Source: a virus. Taken from it: a DNA stretch of 64,000 bases. The translations under genes were made by a program, and so were the position numbers. The notes under the pieces are model-generated. The model ran no database searches. It was not told where the DNA came from and worked only from the letters and a program-made list of their open reading frames with translations. The DNA is taken from positions 10,884 to 74,883 of IMG/VR virus record IMGVR_UViG_3300036715_000875; one strand, 5' to 3'. Of the stretch, positions 20,581 through 30,001 are shown piece after piece (the stretch's first letter is position 1; each line of letters opens with the position of its first letter).

Positions 20581-22617
20581 ATGTCAGTAACCGTAAATAA
20601 CACAGGTCCAGCTTCGCGCCAAATAGTAGTATTAGATGAAGTTACTTCTCAAGGTATAATCGCAGGAATCAATACTGCACTTATAGCCCTTGGCTGGACA
20701 CTATTTGATTCAGCTACATCAGGGTCAAGAGGTATGTTAACAACTAAAGTATACTCGGCTGTGAATAATGATAATGCCACTACACCAACGACTAAGTATA
20801 TGATTTTACGCTATGATTTACCGAAAGCGTATTTCTATGTAAGCTGCTGTGAGTCCTGGGATGCAGTTAATAAGCTAGCACTCAATGAGTCGTCTTTACC
20901 TAAAACTAGGTCATTCCCAATACCTCTACAGCAAAGTTCATATACTTTATATATCTTTGCCTCAGCTAGATATGCTGCGTTTATGCCAGTACTTGGACAA
21001 GAGCCAGGTATGTGGCAAGGTGTATTTGAATTTGAACGAGAAGCTACAGAAGATATTACAGACCTAGCCATACCTTGTTTTGGTTGGACAAGTGCAGTCA
21101 CCTTAGGTGCTAACTATGGTAATGCTCCTGCTGCTACAGGTACATATGGTGCAGCTCCTCAAGTATTCTCTGTACCTAGGGATAGACTTGGTAATACTGG
21201 AGTTCTTGCCTCTCAAAGATTTGCTATTTCTACAGCCTTTGGTGTGTACCCTCCACCAAAAGATATAGTCCCTAACTTATATACTGCAGGAGGGCTCACA
21301 ACAGCTATAGCACCGGCGAATGGTATGCTCCAGGCTTTTGGTACAAACCTCAGTTATACTTGGAATGTCTCTAAGAGAGTTATTAGTAATTTAAAGCTTA
21401 CAGGGATAGACGCTGCCTATGTTGCTGGTAGGTTATATGGCCTAAAAGTTATACCTTCTCTAGGTAATGCTCTTGATACAGTAAGTATTCCAATTGACTC
21501 ATCTGGTTTTTTCGTTGACTCTGGAGGGGTCTCAACTAGTCATATTATGCTAACCCTACCAGGAGGGTACCCTGATACTAACTTAGTAGCCGCAAATAGG
21601 CTCATTTATACCCTCTTAAACTCTGGGCCAGCTACGGCAGTTGCAGCTGGAATGGTTCTTAAGGGAACTTTACTCTACTACGTAACTGGGAGTCAATTAC
21701 GGAAAGCTTCAACAATTACTGGTTTTGACTCATTAGTAGCTACTTTACCGTCTGCAGGTAATGATTTAATATTTGATGGGACAAACACGCTCTATATTAG
21801 TACAGCTTCAGGGGTATCTAGACTAATAGTTAGTACTGAAGTTCTAACGAATCTTGATATAGCTGGAGGAATTGCATCCTTAGGCATAGATGATAACTTT
21901 TTATATGGCGCTTATATGACAGTTAGTACAACTCCAGCATTGGCTATAATTGATCTAGGTGCATTTAGTCTTACTAGAACTTATACTTCTACATTTAATA
22001 CTACTACAGCCTGTAGATTTACAGGTATTTTTGTAAGCGATTATACTGGGGCTGTAATAACAACTAATTTAGGGAATAATATTGCAGCCGCCGCGAACTA
22101 TAAAGCCTGGAGAATCTTGGGAGCAGATGCTTCCGGAGCAGTGTCATCTTTTGCAGTTTCAGTGGCTGCATCTTTAACCCTAGGGACTAGTGCTCATTAT
22201 GATGGTACAGCTCTTTGGTTATGTGGGTCTGATAACAATGCCTATGCTATCTCTGTGGACCAATTAACACTACTAGCAACTGTAGCTATGGGAGCAATCT
22301 CAACAACTGGAGGTACGGTCGCTACCTTTATATCTCCAGTATTTAGAGGTATGTTTGCTCTAACTAATAATGCTACTGCCGCACACTATTTTACAAACTT
22401 TAGGCACGGCCAAGCAACTGGGGCAACCTTAACAGCAAGTAGTGTAGGGTCAGCTCTTACAGGGGCAGGAAATAACGCGGTAAATGTCCCTTCTATTAGT
22501 GATGGTATTAGTCTGTACCGCTGTAACACAGGTAATGCGATTTCTAAGTTTTCATCTCAGTACATTGGTAGAAGCTCTATAGGTACAGCTGCTGCGAATA
22601 TCTTATTACCTTTCTAA
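20581..22617 (+). CDS. Virion structural/receptor-binding protein
   Basis: 678 aa, AAGGAG RBS, Ala/Thr/Gly-rich, propeller-like C-terminal half. Confidence 0.55.
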   Translation: MSVTVNNTGPASRQIVVLDEVTSQGIIAGINTALIALGWTLFDSATSGSRGMLTTKVYSAVNNDNATTPTTKYMILRYDLPKAYFYVSCCESWDAVNKLALNESSLPKTRSFPIPLQQSSYTLYIFASARYAAFMPVLGQEPGMWQGVFEFEREATEDITDLAIPCFGWTSAVTLGANYGNAPAATGTYGAAPQVFSVPRDRLGNTGVLASQRFAISTAFGVYPPPKDIVPNLYTAGGLTTAIAPANGMLQAFGTNLSYTWNVSKRVISNLKLTGIDAAYVAGRLYGLKVIPSLGNALDTVSIPIDSSGFFVDSGGVSTSHIMLTLPGGYPDTNLVAANRLIYTLLNSGPATAVAAGMVLKGTLLYYVTGSQLRKASTITGFDSLVATLPSAGNDLIFDGTNTLYISTASGVSRLIVSTEVLTNLDIAGGIASLGIDDNFLYGAYMTVSTTPALAIIDLGAFSLTRTYTSTFNTTTACRFTGIFVSDYTGAVITTNLGNNIAAAANYKAWRILGADASGAVSSFAVSVAASLTLGTSAHYDGTALWLCGSDNNAYAISVDQLTLLATVAMGAISTTGGTVATFISPVFRGMFALTNNATAAHYFTNFRHGQATGATLTASSVGSALTGAGNNAVNVPSISDGISLYRCNTGNAISKFSSQYIGRSSIGTAAANILLPF

Positions 22618-22620
22618 GCC

Positions 22621-23076
22621 ATGGCAGATATATCTATTGTGGTTGTATCAGCTTCAGTCTTAAAGCGTGGTGCTAGAGGACTTGTAATAGCACCTGCTAA
22701 GCTAGGTGTTAGAGTTACTCAAGTAGTTGCATCAACAGTAGCTCAATTACGAGTAGCTAGAAACCTAACTAAGCCTATTTCAGCCTCCAGCTTAAAGCGT
22801 GGCGCTAGAGGACTTGTAATAGCACCTCCTAAGCTAGGTATCAGAGTTACTCAAGTAGTTGCATCAACAGTAGCTCAAGTACGAGTAGCTAGAAACCTAA
22901 CTAGGCCTATTTCGTCATCCGTCTTAAAGCTAAGTGCGGTGAGTCTATCTAGGCCTGTATCTACTAGAGCTCAGAAATCTAAAGGTAGTAGTATTAATCC
23001 ACTATCTATACCTATTAAGGTATATAGTCCTGAGCCAATAGTATATACTAGAGCTACATCGTATACTTGGGGTTAA
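22621..23076 (+). CDS. Basic hypothetical protein with an internal 44-aa duplication
   Basis: LKRGARGLVIAP.KLG.RVTQVVASTVAQ.RVARNLT.PIS occurs twice. Confidence 0.6.
   Translation: MADISIVVVSASVLKRGARGLVIAPAKLGVRVTQVVASTVAQLRVARNLTKPISASSLKRGARGLVIAPPKLGIRVTQVVASTVAQVRVARNLTRPISSSVLKLSAVSLSRPVSTRAQKSKGSSINPLSIPIKVYSPEPIVYTRATSYTWG
22659..22931 (+). repeat. 132-bp tandem repeat (2 copies plus the start of a third)
   Basis: CTTAAAGC recurs at 22659, 22791 and 22923; copies differ at about a dozen positions. Confidence 0.95.
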
Positions 23077-23153
23077 GTAGCTGTATGCCTAGTAGGGTAT
23101 GCCAAAGCTCTATAATATACTAAGGGTAATTAATATTGATTAAGGTGTATAGT

Positions 23154-23678
23154 ATGAACATAGAGCAAGAAGCCGACTTTGAAAGACGACTTAGAATAGT
23201 TGAGAGCTTAGTAAGTAAGATTGAATATTTAATTAATCTTATGACTAATACATCTAACAGGGTGGATAGCCTAGAAGAGCATGATAAAGAAATTCTAGAG
23301 TTACTACATCATACTTATCAGGTACAAGATAAAGATATCCAAGGGGCTCGTGAAGGGGCTATTAAGATAGCCACAGAGCATACAAACAAACTACATAGCA
23401 TTGCTATTGAACAGACAAAAGATATGCACAGAGCAGCCATAGAACACTCTACAGAGAACCATAAACAAACTATAGCTCTACTAGCTGGGCAGTTTAGTTT
23501 ATTTATAAGCGCTGTTGTTGGAGGGGCTTTATTTGTTTTATCTCTAAGTAACGCTATTGTAGAAGATCATACAGACGCTAAGAACATAACTAAAGTAGTA
23601 GAGAAACTTGATAGTAAGCTTGATATAGTAGTTAAAGAGATTCAGGATAATACAGTACAAGATGCTAGGTCAAAATGA
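23154..23678 (+). CDS. Single-TM coiled-coil membrane protein (holin/antiholin candidate)
   Basis: ATG 23154 with AAGGTG RBS; TM segment LLAGQFSLFISAVVGGALFVLSL; first gene of the lysis cassette. Confidence 0.5.
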   Translation: MNIEQEADFERRLRIVESLVSKIEYLINLMTNTSNRVDSLEEHDKEILELLHHTYQVQDKDIQGAREGAIKIATEHTNKLHSIAIEQTKDMHRAAIEHSTENHKQTIALLAGQFSLFISAVVGGALFVLSLSNAIVEDHTDAKNITKVVEKLDSKLDIVVKEIQDNTVQDARSK

Positions 23679-24022
23679 AAATAGAACTAAGTCTTCCAGA
23701 TAACTATGATCGCCCACATAAGTGCGGCTGTGGAGCAGATAGTGCTAGAATTGACTTAGTACCAGATAGTATATTATTAGTATCAGTTAGGGATGCATGT
23801 TGCCCTCATGACTTTGAGTATACAGTAGGTGGTACACAAAAGGATAAGACAAGAGCTGATAGGAGATTTCTAGCTAATATGCTGAAGATTATTAACTCTC
23901 AGCCCTGGTACTATCCTAAGGAGATAGCAAAAGGTATAGCCTTTAGTTATTACTATGCAGTTAGACTAGAAGGTGATAAACACTTTAATTTTACACAGGA
24001 GAAGCCAGATGAAGCTGTCTGA
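23675..24022 (+). CDS. Phospholipase A2-like protein (prokaryotic PLA2/DUF1353-like)
   Basis: CGCG...DACCPHDFEY...ADRRFLANM: His-Asp dyad and downstream Asp helix of the PLA2 fold. Confidence 0.6.
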   Translation: MKIELSLPDNYDRPHKCGCGADSARIDLVPDSILLVSVRDACCPHDFEYTVGGTQKDKTRADRRFLANMLKIINSQPWYYPKEIAKGIAFSYYYAVRLEGDKHFNFTQEKPDEAV

Positions 24023-24365
24023 AGAACAACAAAAATTTTCAAGAGACCTATGTATCTTTTTAACCTACGTCTTTTCACAAGGTTACGAAGTTACCTTTGG
24101 TGAAGTCCTTAGAACAGAGGCTCAGCAAAAGCTGTATATGGCCGGTGGCCAAAGTAAGACTATGGACTCAATGCACCTTATCAAGTGTGCAGCTGATCTT
24201 AGCTTCTTTAAAGATGGAAAGCTAGTAGCTACACCTAGGCCTCTAGGAAAGTACTGGGAAAGCCTTGATGAAGTTAACCGCTGGGGTGGTAGCTGGAGAG
24301 GCAAAATTGAGTCTGGTGCGAGTACATTTGTAGATGGACCACACTTTGAACGAAAGGTAGGATAA
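24009..24365 (+). CDS. Endolysin, peptidase M15 family
   Basis: R..EAQ, SMHLIKCAAD (SxH-x6-D), RWGG, DGPHFE; start moved to ATG 24009 behind AGGAG. Confidence 0.9.
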   Translation: MKLSEEQQKFSRDLCIFLTYVFSQGYEVTFGEVLRTEAQQKLYMAGGQSKTMDSMHLIKCAADLSFFKDGKLVATPRPLGKYWESLDEVNRWGGSWRGKIESGASTFVDGPHFERKVG

Positions 24366-24367
24366 CT

Positions 24368-24568
24368 ATGTATTGGAAAGACTTACTAAGCACTATTATA
24401 CCCTTACTAGTAGAGCCACTTATTAAAACCCTTATTAGTTCTTTAACTAAACATAAGGGCATAGATAATAGTATGGCTAAAGTCATGATAGAAGAAATTG
24501 GTAAAAGTGACTTGAATGATATTAATCCACTAACAGCTGAGAGTCTAGCCAAAAGTCTAGACCGTTAA
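24368..24568 (+). CDS. Small lysis-cassette protein with hydrophobic N-terminus
   Basis: 66 aa, AGGA RBS, directly after the endolysin. Confidence 0.5.
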   Translation: MYWKDLLSTIIPLLVEPLIKTLISSLTKHKGIDNSMAKVMIEEIGKSDLNDINPLTAESLAKSLDR

Positions 24569-24654
24569 GGCTGCCATAACTATAGTATTCTATAGATTAG
24601 TGGTATAAATAATTAACCGGGCAAGTTATTATTCACTAATTAAAAGGAACTACT

Positions 24655-26355
24655 ATGGCTCTAACTCCTTCCGACTGGACAATTGCATCTAATGGAGCAA
24701 TCAGATATATTGGGGCAGCCCATGGCGTAGCGGGAGCATCGTATGCAACTGTTATTGAGCTACACAGATGGTTACAAGATAGAGCCGATGATGCTAGTGC
24801 ATCTGGTGATGATATTCTTGATATCACCTACGTAACACCTTCAGGGCGGGATACTGATAACATTATTAATCTTCTAGGTACCTACAATATTGACCAAGTT
24901 GCTTCAGAGCATCTATATGACGGCACAATCAAACAAACAAGTGGCGCTGATATCTGGGATGGTATTGTAAACTATGGAAATGAGGGTATTAATATCCAAC
25001 TTATCCAAAATGGCACACTGGTTGCTAATGCTTTTTGGAATGCTACCCCTAGCGGTCAAGTACTACCTGGTCTTAATCGAGACTTAGTTCAAGGTATCTC
25101 ACATCGTTTTATGATTAAGACTCGTACTGCGGGAGTAGATATTGATAATAAACGTATTCTTGGTATTACTCGTGAGTATGGTAAAACATATGCAGAGTTC
25201 AACATCAATGCGACTGCCTCAGGCAATAACGTACTCGCACTTGTTAATGCTGTTGATGGTAACAATGGTACCGCTTCTGGGACAGTGGCAACTTGGACAA
25301 CTATTACAAATGTTGAAGGCTATCAGGCAATTGATATTAATAATGATAGTATTAATGAGTATTACTTTTCTCAATGGAACCGAGATGTTTACTCTATCAA
25401 TCAACTATATGAGCGGGCAAAGTACTTAACAAGATTTGGCTCTGCTAGCATACTATATGGTATGGATGCACAGATTTTCCGAGGCATTACTCATGAAGTT
25501 ACAGTAAATACACCTACTGGTACTATGCCAGCATTTGGTGCAGCTTCTTGGGCAACTGGTACAGGGCAAATGTTAGCAGTTAATAGCCCTACTGCAGGTA
25601 CTAAAATGTGGATTCAGTTATTAACTGGTACTGCACCAGCTGCACTTGCTGTAATCACTGTTGGTGCTGCTACACTTAAGACTGTATCAGTGGTAGAGCG
25701 GACTGCATTGTTGAAGCAGCCATTTATTGGTACTTCTACTGGGTCTGCCCTTTCAGGTGCTTATGGTATTGGGGTAGAGAAAACTGACCTTGCGGCAGCT
25801 GATAAAGTATTTGACCTTACTAATACTCAATATTCTTCACCTGACTATCGTGTAACAACTGTTGCTGGTCTTATTAATACAGAAGACCGTGTTCTTGTTG
25901 GACCAGATAATGCTGGTACATTACAGAATGGGCAATTCCAACTAAATGCTGGTATTACCTCTGGAGCCGCTACAATCGTATTGAAGGTTGGAACTGAAAC
26001 TCCAGGGACTGGTACTCAATCTGCTACGGATACTCCAGCAACCGGTACAATCCGTGTTCAAGATAATAATGGAGTATATCAACGGGTTACATATACTGGT
26101 TTCTCAGTTGCAGCCAGTACTATGACATTTACTGGATGTTCAGGTGCACCAACAGCTGCTGCAAGTAATAAAGTCTTTATCTCTTATATTGATAATATTG
26201 CATCTGGAACTAGCATTACCTTTGCAACTATCTATAATGGGGCTCGTACATTATTTGCTCGTGTTCGTGACGGTGGCGTAACTCCTATCAAAACCTTTGA
26301 AAATACTGTTGCGCTTGGCGGGTCAATCTCCGCAATTCGTACACCAGACCTTTAA
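24655..26355 (+). CDS. Virion structural protein
   Basis: 566 aa, AAGGA RBS, Thr/Gly/Ala-rich, followed by a hairpin. Confidence 0.6.
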   Translation: MALTPSDWTIASNGAIRYIGAAHGVAGASYATVIELHRWLQDRADDASASGDDILDITYVTPSGRDTDNIINLLGTYNIDQVASEHLYDGTIKQTSGADIWDGIVNYGNEGINIQLIQNGTLVANAFWNATPSGQVLPGLNRDLVQGISHRFMIKTRTAGVDIDNKRILGITREYGKTYAEFNINATASGNNVLALVNAVDGNNGTASGTVATWTTITNVEGYQAIDINNDSINEYYFSQWNRDVYSINQLYERAKYLTRFGSASILYGMDAQIFRGITHEVTVNTPTGTMPAFGAASWATGTGQMLAVNSPTAGTKMWIQLLTGTAPAALAVITVGAATLKTVSVVERTALLKQPFIGTSTGSALSGAYGIGVEKTDLAAADKVFDLTNTQYSSPDYRVTTVAGLINTEDRVLVGPDNAGTLQNGQFQLNAGITSGAATIVLKVGTETPGTGTQSATDTPATGTIRVQDNNGVYQRVTYTGFSVAASTMTFTGCSGAPTAAASNKVFISYIDNIASGTSITFATIYNGARTLFARVRDGGVTPIKTFENTVALGGSISAIRTPDL

Positions 26356-26363
26356 ACTTATTG

Positions 26364-26392
26364 TCTCCTCTTTGGAGGAGATTCTTAATTTT
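26364..26392 (+). terminator. Rho-independent terminator-like hairpin
   Basis: TCTCCTC-TTTG-GAGGAGA followed by TTCTTAATTTT. Confidence 0.55.
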
Positions 26393-26411
26393 AATAAAAT
26401 TTGGAGACTAG

Positions 26412-28700
26412 ATGCCTAAAATTAGAGACTGGACTTGGCAATATGGTACAAGTACAAGTGCTACTACTATTGCCTGCGCACTACCATCATATCAACAGAA
26501 TGATTTATTATTGGCAGTATGTAGTGCAGATACAGGAACTACGCAGGCATGGTCTGCTTCTGGTTGGACACAATATCTATCACAGTCAAACACATCTAAC
26601 CTCGCAATAATGTATAAGATTGCTAGTGCATCTGAGACAGCCCCTACATTCACATACTCTAGCTCTGAAACTGCTGACGTAAGACTATTATCAATTATGG
26701 ATATAGATACGACTACGCCATTTGCAGCCAATAGTAATCTAAGTACAGCAGCAGCTCGGGTAGCTATGTCTACTGTTGTTACGACCAGAGATAACTCATT
26801 GATATTATATATGGTCGCTACTAGTGCGGTATCTGTACCAGAGATTATTGAGGGGGCTGTTACTCTTGAAATGGGTTCTGATGGTACAGCACACTCTGAT
26901 GGGTTATCTTGGGGGTTTCAGGCAAAAGCTGGAACTACTCCTAGTAATATCTATATGACAAATATTTCAGCCTCGGCTGCAATAGCGTTTACAGTAGCTA
27001 TTAATCCCCCTAGTGGTGGGGCTACTGTAATACCTTCCTATTGTGCAGGGGACTTATCAATATACATTGACCCTATCAACGGTACTTCAGCATATAATGG
27101 AAATACTGCTTTTGCTGCAACTACTACAACATATTTTGGGTCAACATTAGCAGGTAATCCATTAGGAAATGGTACAGCTGCTGCAGCAACTGACGTTGGG
27201 ATTAACTCCTTTCACTCTATGGGACAATTAACAGGGGTTGTAACTGATGGTACATATTCTGGGTCTACACTAGTCTTAGCTACTGCTAATAAACCTAGTG
27301 TTGCTGGTAAAAATATATTATTACACGTAAAAACTTCAACACCAAAGGTTATTCAAACTACTGACCCAATTACAAAAGCAACCACAAAGGGTCTTGTTTT
27401 TGGTATGTGTAGTGTAGCAAATACAGACTATAAAGTATGGCACGTACATGGCGCTGGTACTGCTTGGGATAGTGCGTCACATCTTCCTATTGTTATTAAT
27501 AGTAATGCAACAGGTGGACTTATTCAAAATACTGGAACACTTAATGCAGCATCTATTCTAGCATTTGGTGTAGCTATTTCTGGATTTACTATAGCCCCTA
27601 TTTGGCAGTTTGGGTCACTTTGGGTATTAGATACTACAACTATAGCTGGAGGTAATGCTGTTCAACCAGTTGATATTGGAGGTATTTGGAAAGTATGTTC
27701 ATCAGGTAAAGAGAGAATGAGTGTTCTACAACAGGGAGCTTCTCAAGCCCTTGTTTTACAGCCTATTCAATTTGGTAATGGTGGAACAGATGCGCTTTAC
27801 TTAGACCTAAGAGAAACAGCTATTGAGTTTCCACAGCAGTATAACGTTACTAGTAGAAATATATTCTATTGCTCTGCAGATAATGTGGCTGGATTAACAT
27901 ATTATGCTGGAGCAACCGATACTATTATTCATAAAAATGCTGTTGTATCTAGTAAGTCAAAATTCCACTGGAGAATTAGTGCGTTATCTAGCACTAGTGC
28001 TACTTATGACTTTAGTGGGCTATCAATAATTGGAGCTGGAGATGTAGTTCTTAGGGCTGTAACTACTTTTAATAAAATGAGCTTTACAACTTGCCCATCA
28101 ATTACACAGAATGGCGCGCTCATAACAAATAGTACTTTTACTAACTCCCAAATAAGTATGGATAATTTAGGGCAAATGTCTGGGTGTACACATATATCTA
28201 CAGCCACTGGTTATGCAATTATAATTACAACCCCAGGAACTTATACCTTTACAAATAATGTATTTACAGGCTATGGAGCTGCAGGTACAACTAATGCAGC
28301 TATCTATAATAACTCCGGTGGGGCAGTAACTATTAATGTTATTGGAGGTAGTGGAATTACAGTTAAGAATGGTACTTCAGCTACAACTACACTTGTAATT
28401 AACCCAGTAACTACTTTAATCACAGTTAAAGATATTAATACAGGGGCTGTATTAGTAGGAGCCAGAGTTTATTTAGCAACTTCTGGAGGGGCTTTAGGAA
28501 CTGGTGTGGTTATCTTTAATGCTTTAACAAATACTAGTGGTCAAGTATCAGATACTAGGTCATATATAAGTGACCAACCTGTTACTGGAAGAGTTCGTTT
28601 CAGCACTTCTCCAAACCTTTATAAGACGGTGCCAATTTCTGAAACAATTAGTAGTACAAGTGGGCTGACTTTAAATATATCTATGATACCAGATGTATAG
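26412..28700 (+). CDS. Virion structural/fibre-like protein
   Basis: 762 aa, GGAG RBS, Thr/Ser/Gly-rich with beta-helix-like and Ig-like C-terminal segments. Confidence 0.55.
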   Translation: MPKIRDWTWQYGTSTSATTIACALPSYQQNDLLLAVCSADTGTTQAWSASGWTQYLSQSNTSNLAIMYKIASASETAPTFTYSSSETADVRLLSIMDIDTTTPFAANSNLSTAAARVAMSTVVTTRDNSLILYMVATSAVSVPEIIEGAVTLEMGSDGTAHSDGLSWGFQAKAGTTPSNIYMTNISASAAIAFTVAINPPSGGATVIPSYCAGDLSIYIDPINGTSAYNGNTAFAATTTTYFGSTLAGNPLGNGTAAAATDVGINSFHSMGQLTGVVTDGTYSGSTLVLATANKPSVAGKNILLHVKTSTPKVIQTTDPITKATTKGLVFGMCSVANTDYKVWHVHGAGTAWDSASHLPIVINSNATGGLIQNTGTLNAASILAFGVAISGFTIAPIWQFGSLWVLDTTTIAGGNAVQPVDIGGIWKVCSSGKERMSVLQQGASQALVLQPIQFGNGGTDALYLDLRETAIEFPQQYNVTSRNIFYCSADNVAGLTYYAGATDTIIHKNAVVSSKSKFHWRISALSSTSATYDFSGLSIIGAGDVVLRAVTTFNKMSFTTCPSITQNGALITNSTFTNSQISMDNLGQMSGCTHISTATGYAIIITTPGTYTFTNNVFTGYGAAGTTNAAIYNNSGGAVTINVIGGSGITVKNGTSATTTLVINPVTTLITVKDINTGAVLVGARVYLATSGGALGTGVVIFNALTNTSGQVSDTRSYISDQPVTGRVRFSTSPNLYKTVPISETISSTSGLTLNISMIPDV

Positions 28701-28709
28701 GGATTAAAA

Positions 28710-28919
28710 ATGGCAGACGCATATCAAGAACTTAATCAGAGGAACTTTCAAGCTCTATCAGAGGGTCTTAAAAGTGTTAGAGCGCAATGTGAGGGTTTAG
28801 CTGAGGAAGTTAAGTCTATGAGAGAAGCTAATAGTGATCTTTTACAGCAGGTAGCTACGCTTAGACAGCAGAATGGGTACTTACTTGCGAGATTCCATGG
28901 TACAGGGAGTACATCATGA
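28710..28919 (+). CDS. Small coiled-coil protein
   Basis: 69 aa with heptad pattern. Confidence 0.6.
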   Translation: MADAYQELNQRNFQALSEGLKSVRAQCEGLAEEVKSMREANSDLLQQVATLRQQNGYLLARFHGTGSTS

Positions 28920-29443
28920 TTATAGATTGGGGAAATAAAATTATTAATGTAGAGAAGGCTGATCTTTTACAGCTCCAAACTATTCCTTACGAAATATTCC
29001 AATTGGATATCCCTACGTTTAAAGCTATTCTAGGTGATTTTATGAGTAGTGACCAAGGCATGATATACTCTAGTATATTTAACCATAATCCAGCTATAAC
29101 TATTGGTGGTGTTACTCTAGCAAAAGTAGTAGAGATTCTAGACCCTTATACTATTACTTTTGAAGATGGTCAGTATGCAGTTAACTTAGTTGGGGCTAAT
29201 AGTAATATTGGAGATAGAGTTAATCTTAACCAAGTATCTATTAGATCAGCTAACTCCGCGGGACTAGCTATAAGTAGTGGTGGAAATGTTACTAGTAGTG
29301 GTCTAACTCTAGAAGAGCATAATAGACTCATGGATATACCAACTAATCCTTCAGGACTAACTACAGCCCAGAATAATAAACTTATGAGCTTACCAGCTTC
29401 AGGAGTAATTGCTGATGCTGTATGGTCAAAGGCCTTATCATGA
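28916..29443 (+). CDS. Hypothetical virion protein
   Basis: 175 aa, ATGA overlap; short SGLT...N.LM..P duplication. Confidence 0.55.
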   Translation: MIIDWGNKIINVEKADLLQLQTIPYEIFQLDIPTFKAILGDFMSSDQGMIYSSIFNHNPAITIGGVTLAKVVEILDPYTITFEDGQYAVNLVGANSNIGDRVNLNQVSIRSANSAGLAISSGGNVTSSGLTLEEHNRLMDIPTNPSGLTTAQNNKLMSLPASGVIADAVWSKALS

Positions 29444-29712
29444 CAATGGGACAATGGCTACTCGGGGTAGCGACAGCAACAAACCCAGGCTCTACTCCTA
29501 CTGGTACAGCCTTTGACTTATTAACTTCTATAGGTGTAGTATATACCCCTTATTCTAATTTAGGTGCTAACCTAGAGGATATGACCTTTAGTACAGAGGT
29601 TGCTGAAAATGACTTTGATGCAGATTTACCAGAGGTTATATTTAGTAGTAGTATAGAGGAAGTTGAAACTGAAGTTATACTATCTACTCAAATGGAGGCC
29701 AAAGTTGGCTGA
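29440..29712 (+). CDS. Acidic hypothetical protein
   Basis: ATGA overlap with the previous stop; in frame with listed ORF 29422. Confidence 0.5.
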   Translation: MTMGQWLLGVATATNPGSTPTGTAFDLLTSIGVVYTPYSNLGANLEDMTFSTEVAENDFDADLPEVIFSSSIEEVETEVILSTQMEAKVG

Positions 29713-30001
29713 GAAAACCTATAGAAGAACTGTTGGAGATACCTACATTCTAAAAGCTACATTTACTATCGCAGGAACCCCGGTTGACTTAACCGGCTAT
29801 AGCCTAGCGTTTAACTATAAGAATTCAAAAGTAGGTGGAACTATAGCTGGAGTAGTTACTGGAACTGGTACTGGAGAGTTTACACCATCAGCTTTAGACT
29901 TTCTAGACCCTGGAGAGTATAAGTTTAATATCAAGGCTACTAAAGGTACAGAGATCACTACTTATCTAAAAGGTAGGTTAATTCTGGAAGAGGACCTATA
30001 A
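29705..30001 (+). CDS. BppU N-terminal-like (Ig-fold) baseplate/adaptor protein
   Basis: GDT...PVDLTG...PGEY.F.I pattern; TTG start behind GGAGG. Confidence 0.55.
   Translation: MAEKTYRRTVGDTYILKATFTIAGTPVDLTGYSLAFNYKNSKVGGTIAGVVTGTGTGEFTPSALDFLDPGEYKFNIKATKGTEITTYLKGRLILEEDL

Noticed and set aside
22659-22931. 132-bp repeat as a DGR template/variable pair or CRISPR array
   Set aside because: Copies are tandem and in frame, mismatches are not adenine-specific, there are no spacers, and no reverse transcriptase or cas gene is in the window
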